Source: a bacterium
GTDB taxonomy: Bacteria > Babelota > Babeliae > Babelales > RVW-14
Direction: 5' to 3'
Assembly: GCA_023249935.1 (NCBI GenBank)
Contig: JAHFBQ010000003.1
Location: 1 to 41,043 of the forward strand
DNA length: 41,043 nucleotides
The notes under the pieces were generated by a model. That model was given only the letters and a program-made list of their open reading frames with translations, ran no database searches and had not been told where the DNA came from. Numbering within the stretch: the stretch's first letter is position 1; the number at the start of each line of letters is the position of its first letter. A program made the position numbers and the translations under genes. Below are positions 38,163-41,043 of this stretch, piece by piece.

Positions 38163-40919
38163 TTAAGCAGCAGCTGACTCTACAGCTTTAGTTTTATGCC
38201 TTTTCTTTTCTCTAGCACCAGGCTTCCCGTCATGGTCAGCATCAACTACATCTTGCTTGCCATCACCATCAGCATCTGTAACCCTTTTTCGCTTTTTATC
38301 TTTGCCTTTCTTTTCTCCTTTATGACCACTCGCTACAGCATCTGGTTTGCCATCGCCGTCAGCATCGATCATTGCACCATCGGCATGCTTATCTTTTTTG
38401 CCTTTGCCTTTCTTGCCTTTGCCTTTCTTGTCTTTCTTGCCTTTTTTATGATCGCGCTCTTCAGCATCAGATTTTCCATCGCCATCAGCATCAATCATGG
38501 CGCCATCGGCATGCTTATCTTTTTTGCCTTTGCCTTTTTTATCTTTCTTAGCTTTCTTACCTTCTTTATGATCTTGCTTTTCAGCATCAGGTTTTCCATC
38601 ACCATCAGCATCAATCATTTTTGCTACGCCTTTTTTTAGCTTCTTTTTATCTTTCTTCTTTTCCTTTTTGTCCTTCTTAACTTTCTTATCTTTCACATGC
38701 TTTGCTTGGTCTTTAGCCTTATCTGCAGCTTCTTTTGCTGCTTTTGCAGCAGTTTCTGCTTCGGTTTTTGACGCAGCATCTTTTGCTTCCTCTGCGGCCT
38801 TAGCTGCTTTTACTGCTGCCTCAGCTGCTTCTTTTGCTGCCTTATCAGCGGCTGCAGCTGCCGCCGCTTCTGCTGCTGCTTTTGCCGCTGCCTCAGCAGG
38901 ACCTCTAACAGGAATATCCAATGTTCCTTTTTTCAAGACCTCTCCCCTGATATTCATCAGGAGTAACGCACCGCCTTGATTTGCAACAGCTTCTTTGATT
39001 CCTTCAACAGGTTTGCCAGCAGCATCCATCACCGGAGCCCAAGCACCCTTGTCAAACTTATGAAGGTAATAGCGACCATCCTGTTCCTTGGTACCATACA
39101 TAGTATCTTTATCGATGATGGCAAAGCGGCCTATTTTGTTTGGATTGTCAAATTCTACCCATTCACCGTCTTCTAGTTGGTAACAATCGAGATTTTTGTT
39201 AACCGCTAACAATGTATGTGGATAACCGGCAGCAATCGACATTGCTTGACCATGCGCAATGCGCTTCCATGCTCCATTAGAGTAAATGAAAACATCCGAA
39301 GACTCTTTATCAAGAATCGCGATCAAATCTTTACTTGCAATAGCCACACGATCCATGTCGATTGGTCTATCATCAGCCCCTTTTGGCGCTCCAAGGTTTT
39401 TCCAAGTATCTCCGCCATCATAAGAAACGAACAAACTTCCATCATCAGCAAGTACGCCAGCAGTACCATCAGCCGCAACCGCAACATCCTCAAATTTTGC
39501 AGGCGCTACTGAGCCATCTTTGACCTCAACAGCTTCCCAACCACCCATCGTAGCACCACTCATTTTGCTGAGCTTACGATCAGCAGAATCAATCATCATT
39601 GCAAGATATTTACCTTTAGTGGTTGCACCAAGAGCAATGCGATGCGCAACCCCCTCAATTTTTTCAATACCAGCAATATCTGAAATGGTCTGTTCCTCAA
39701 TAGTTGCTTCTGGATCGATTTGAATATCTTTAAATTCAACATCAAGATACCAACCCCCAAGTCCAAGATATCCTAACCCATCAACAACAGAATTTGCATG
39801 AGTAACTCGTTGATGCTCATTTTTTCCAAGAATCGTACCTTTACCCCAGGCAATAGTAACCTTACCGTCGGCTACTTCATAGGTTGCCCAATAATCTTCC
39901 CACGCAGTACCTTGATAGCTTCCAGTTTTTTCAAAATCACGGTCACTATCTTTTATTCTCCAGGCATGAAGCTTATCTCCATCAAATCCCCATCCACCGG
40001 TCAACATATCACCTTGATCACCACCTTTTTTGGCAGGATCATTTTCATACAACCAACGACGATCAATTTCGGTCCCACCATTATGAATGATACTGCGCGT
40101 GTTAGCATGGGCACCGATTGCTATCCAATACGCTTGATTATTAGCAAAATTTGCGGCGGGACTAAAAACAATATACGCATCCAGCGGCGCTTTAATTTTA
40201 AGCTTCACGGCACCACTTTTTGCCGACTTAAACGTCCATTTATCAGAGAAAGCAAAACCGTTTGCATCACGCATTGCACGTCTGAATGTAAACGCTGAAC
40301 CTCCGGCACGATCTTCATCGCCAACTGGATCGATGATTTCGATTTTTAGCCTTTCCCAAGTTCCATCACCAGAGGGACGATTCAGCGCATAGTTACCAGC
40401 AACTCGCCCATCAAAAAGATTGCCAGGAACTACTGACAAAAAGGTTTCTGTTGCTCTATTTTTTAATCGAACACCATCAAGATCATTCGCATCAGCAGTA
40501 ATCAAAGCCCATTGCTCCCAAGCACCAAAATTCCAATTTTCAAAACGACATACACGCATTGATGGATCAGAAACATTGCACTGTAAATTCTTACCACGAT
40601 TTTGTAGTGTTTTGATAGCAAGCCAGTTAGGATCATTGCTCATACGAACTATTTGAAACTGACAACGAGGATCAGTTTTATCTGTACCAGTTGCTTTAAG
40701 ATATTTATACTCATTTGGGTTTCCTGTGTCCGCAGAAGTCTTTTCAAGACACAAATATTTATTTCGTTCCTTAGAATAAATAGCCACTACAGTTCCGGCC
40801 TTTAACTGCTGTAACTGAGGTGAATCTTCAGCCGCACTTGCAGGAAGTTCGGCCAACAGCCTACCATCGATTATGGCAACCGCCAACAGGCCAGCTAATA
40901 AATATCGACATTGTTTCAT
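38163..40919 (-). CDS. Gene A: secreted protein with fascin/ricin-like beta-trefoil, FAMeT-like domain, six-repeat tectonin-like propeller, Ala-rich coil and Lys-rich tail with five DxDxDG motifs
   Basis: ATG 40919 (MKQCRYLLAGLLAVA) with AAAGGAG SD (track start 40961); GAWEQW and GTWERL trefoil motifs; KIKAPLDA...YWIAIGAHANTRSII...YWA...IAWGKG...GYLGLGGWY; DVAVAADGT, SIAAGY. Confidence 0.82.
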   Translation of the reverse strand: MKQCRYLLAGLLAVAIIDGRLLAELPASAAEDSPQLQQLKAGTVVAIYSKERNKYLCLEKTSADTGNPNEYKYLKATGTDKTDPRCQFQIVRMSNDPNWLAIKTLQNRGKNLQCNVSDPSMRVCRFENWNFGAWEQWALITADANDLDGVRLKNRATETFLSVVPGNLFDGRVAGNYALNRPSGDGTWERLKIEIIDPVGDEDRAGGSAFTFRRAMRDANGFAFSDKWTFKSAKSGAVKLKIKAPLDAYIVFSPAANFANNQAYWIAIGAHANTRSIIHNGGTEIDRRWLYENDPAKKGGDQGDMLTGGWGFDGDKLHAWRIKDSDRDFEKTGSYQGTAWEDYWATYEVADGKVTIAWGKGTILGKNEHQRVTHANSVVDGLGYLGLGGWYLDVEFKDIQIDPEATIEEQTISDIAGIEKIEGVAHRIALGATTKGKYLAMMIDSADRKLSKMSGATMGGWEAVEVKDGSVAPAKFEDVAVAADGTAGVLADDGSLFVSYDGGDTWKNLGAPKGADDRPIDMDRVAIASKDLIAILDKESSDVFIYSNGAWKRIAHGQAMSIAAGYPHTLLAVNKNLDCYQLEDGEWVEFDNPNKIGRFAIIDKDTMYGTKEQDGRYYLHKFDKGAWAPVMDAAGKPVEGIKEAVANQGGALLLMNIRGEVLKKGTLDIPVRGPAEAAAKAAAEAAAAAAADKAAKEAAEAAVKAAKAAEEAKDAASKTEAETAAKAAKEAADKAKDQAKHVKDKKVKKDKKEKKKDKKKLKKGVAKMIDADGDGKPDAEKQDHKEGKKAKKDKKGKGKKDKHADGAMIDADGDGKSDAEERDHKKGKKDKKGKGKKGKGKKDKHADGAMIDADGDGKPDAVASGHKGEKKGKDKKRKRVTDADGDGKQDVVDADHDGKPGAREKKRHKTKAVESAAA
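38215..38620 (-). repeat. Imperfect 120-126-bp coding repeats (Lys-rich plus IDADGDGKPD) in the tail of gene A
   Basis: Three MIDADGDGK units plus two degenerate ones; 38515-38578 matches 34711-34774 at 63 of 64 nt. Confidence 0.88.
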
Positions 40920-40967
40920 AAACTCTCCTTTAGTTGAAACAAACCAAAACTCTTTCACCAAGAAAAG

Positions 40968-40997
40968 ATCCTAACCCGTTTTCACATGTATTTGCAA
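40968..40997 (-). promoter_or_regulatory. Candidate promoter for gene A
   Basis: TTGCAA-N18-TAGGAT on the minus strand. Confidence 0.4.
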
Positions 40998-41004
40998 GGT
41001 CGAT

Positions 41005-41042
41005 AAAAAAGAAGCCTGGTTTTTACGTAAACCTGGCTTCTT
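41005..41042 (-). terminator. Terminator of an upstream minus-strand gene outside the window
   Basis: Minus strand AAGAAGCC-A-GGTTT-N6-AAACC-A-GGCTTCTT followed by a T run. Confidence 0.7.
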
Positions 41043-41043
41043 C

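Overview
Bacterial chromosomal window from a diderm with peptidoglycan (lptD, bamD, ftsI). Gene content and the many short signal-peptide orphan proteins suggest a reduced, protist-associated intracellular lineage such as Ca. Dependentiae/Babelota (TM6); this is inference only. Positions 1-28 kb are mostly housekeeping genes: lptD, recR, yidC, bamD, yraN, ftsL-ftsI, a lipoprotein thioredoxin, cysS, kup, tRNA-Gly(GCC), a degenerate jag, mnmE, clpB, a histone H1-like gene and priA. They are interrupted by a signal-peptide polymorphic toxin with an EndoU tip plus a probable immunity gene, and by a cluster of secreted orphans, one frameshifted at an A7 run. The most unusual part is 28.0-41.0 kb: six minus-strand secreted proteins forming a tandemly duplicated three-gene module (A-B-C, A'-B'-C'). 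They are built from shuffled lectin-like domains (SDF2-like MIR trefoils, other beta-trefoils, FAMeT-like, DUF3395/SUEL-like, tectonin-like propeller), and all end in Lys-rich tails. A and A' carry an intact six-repeat propeller. In both B+C pairs the same propeller is split, with repeats 1-2 near the C-terminus of B and repeats 3-6 in C, suggesting assembly of two secreted proteins by blade complementation. All domain calls are by eye from motifs; no searches were run.
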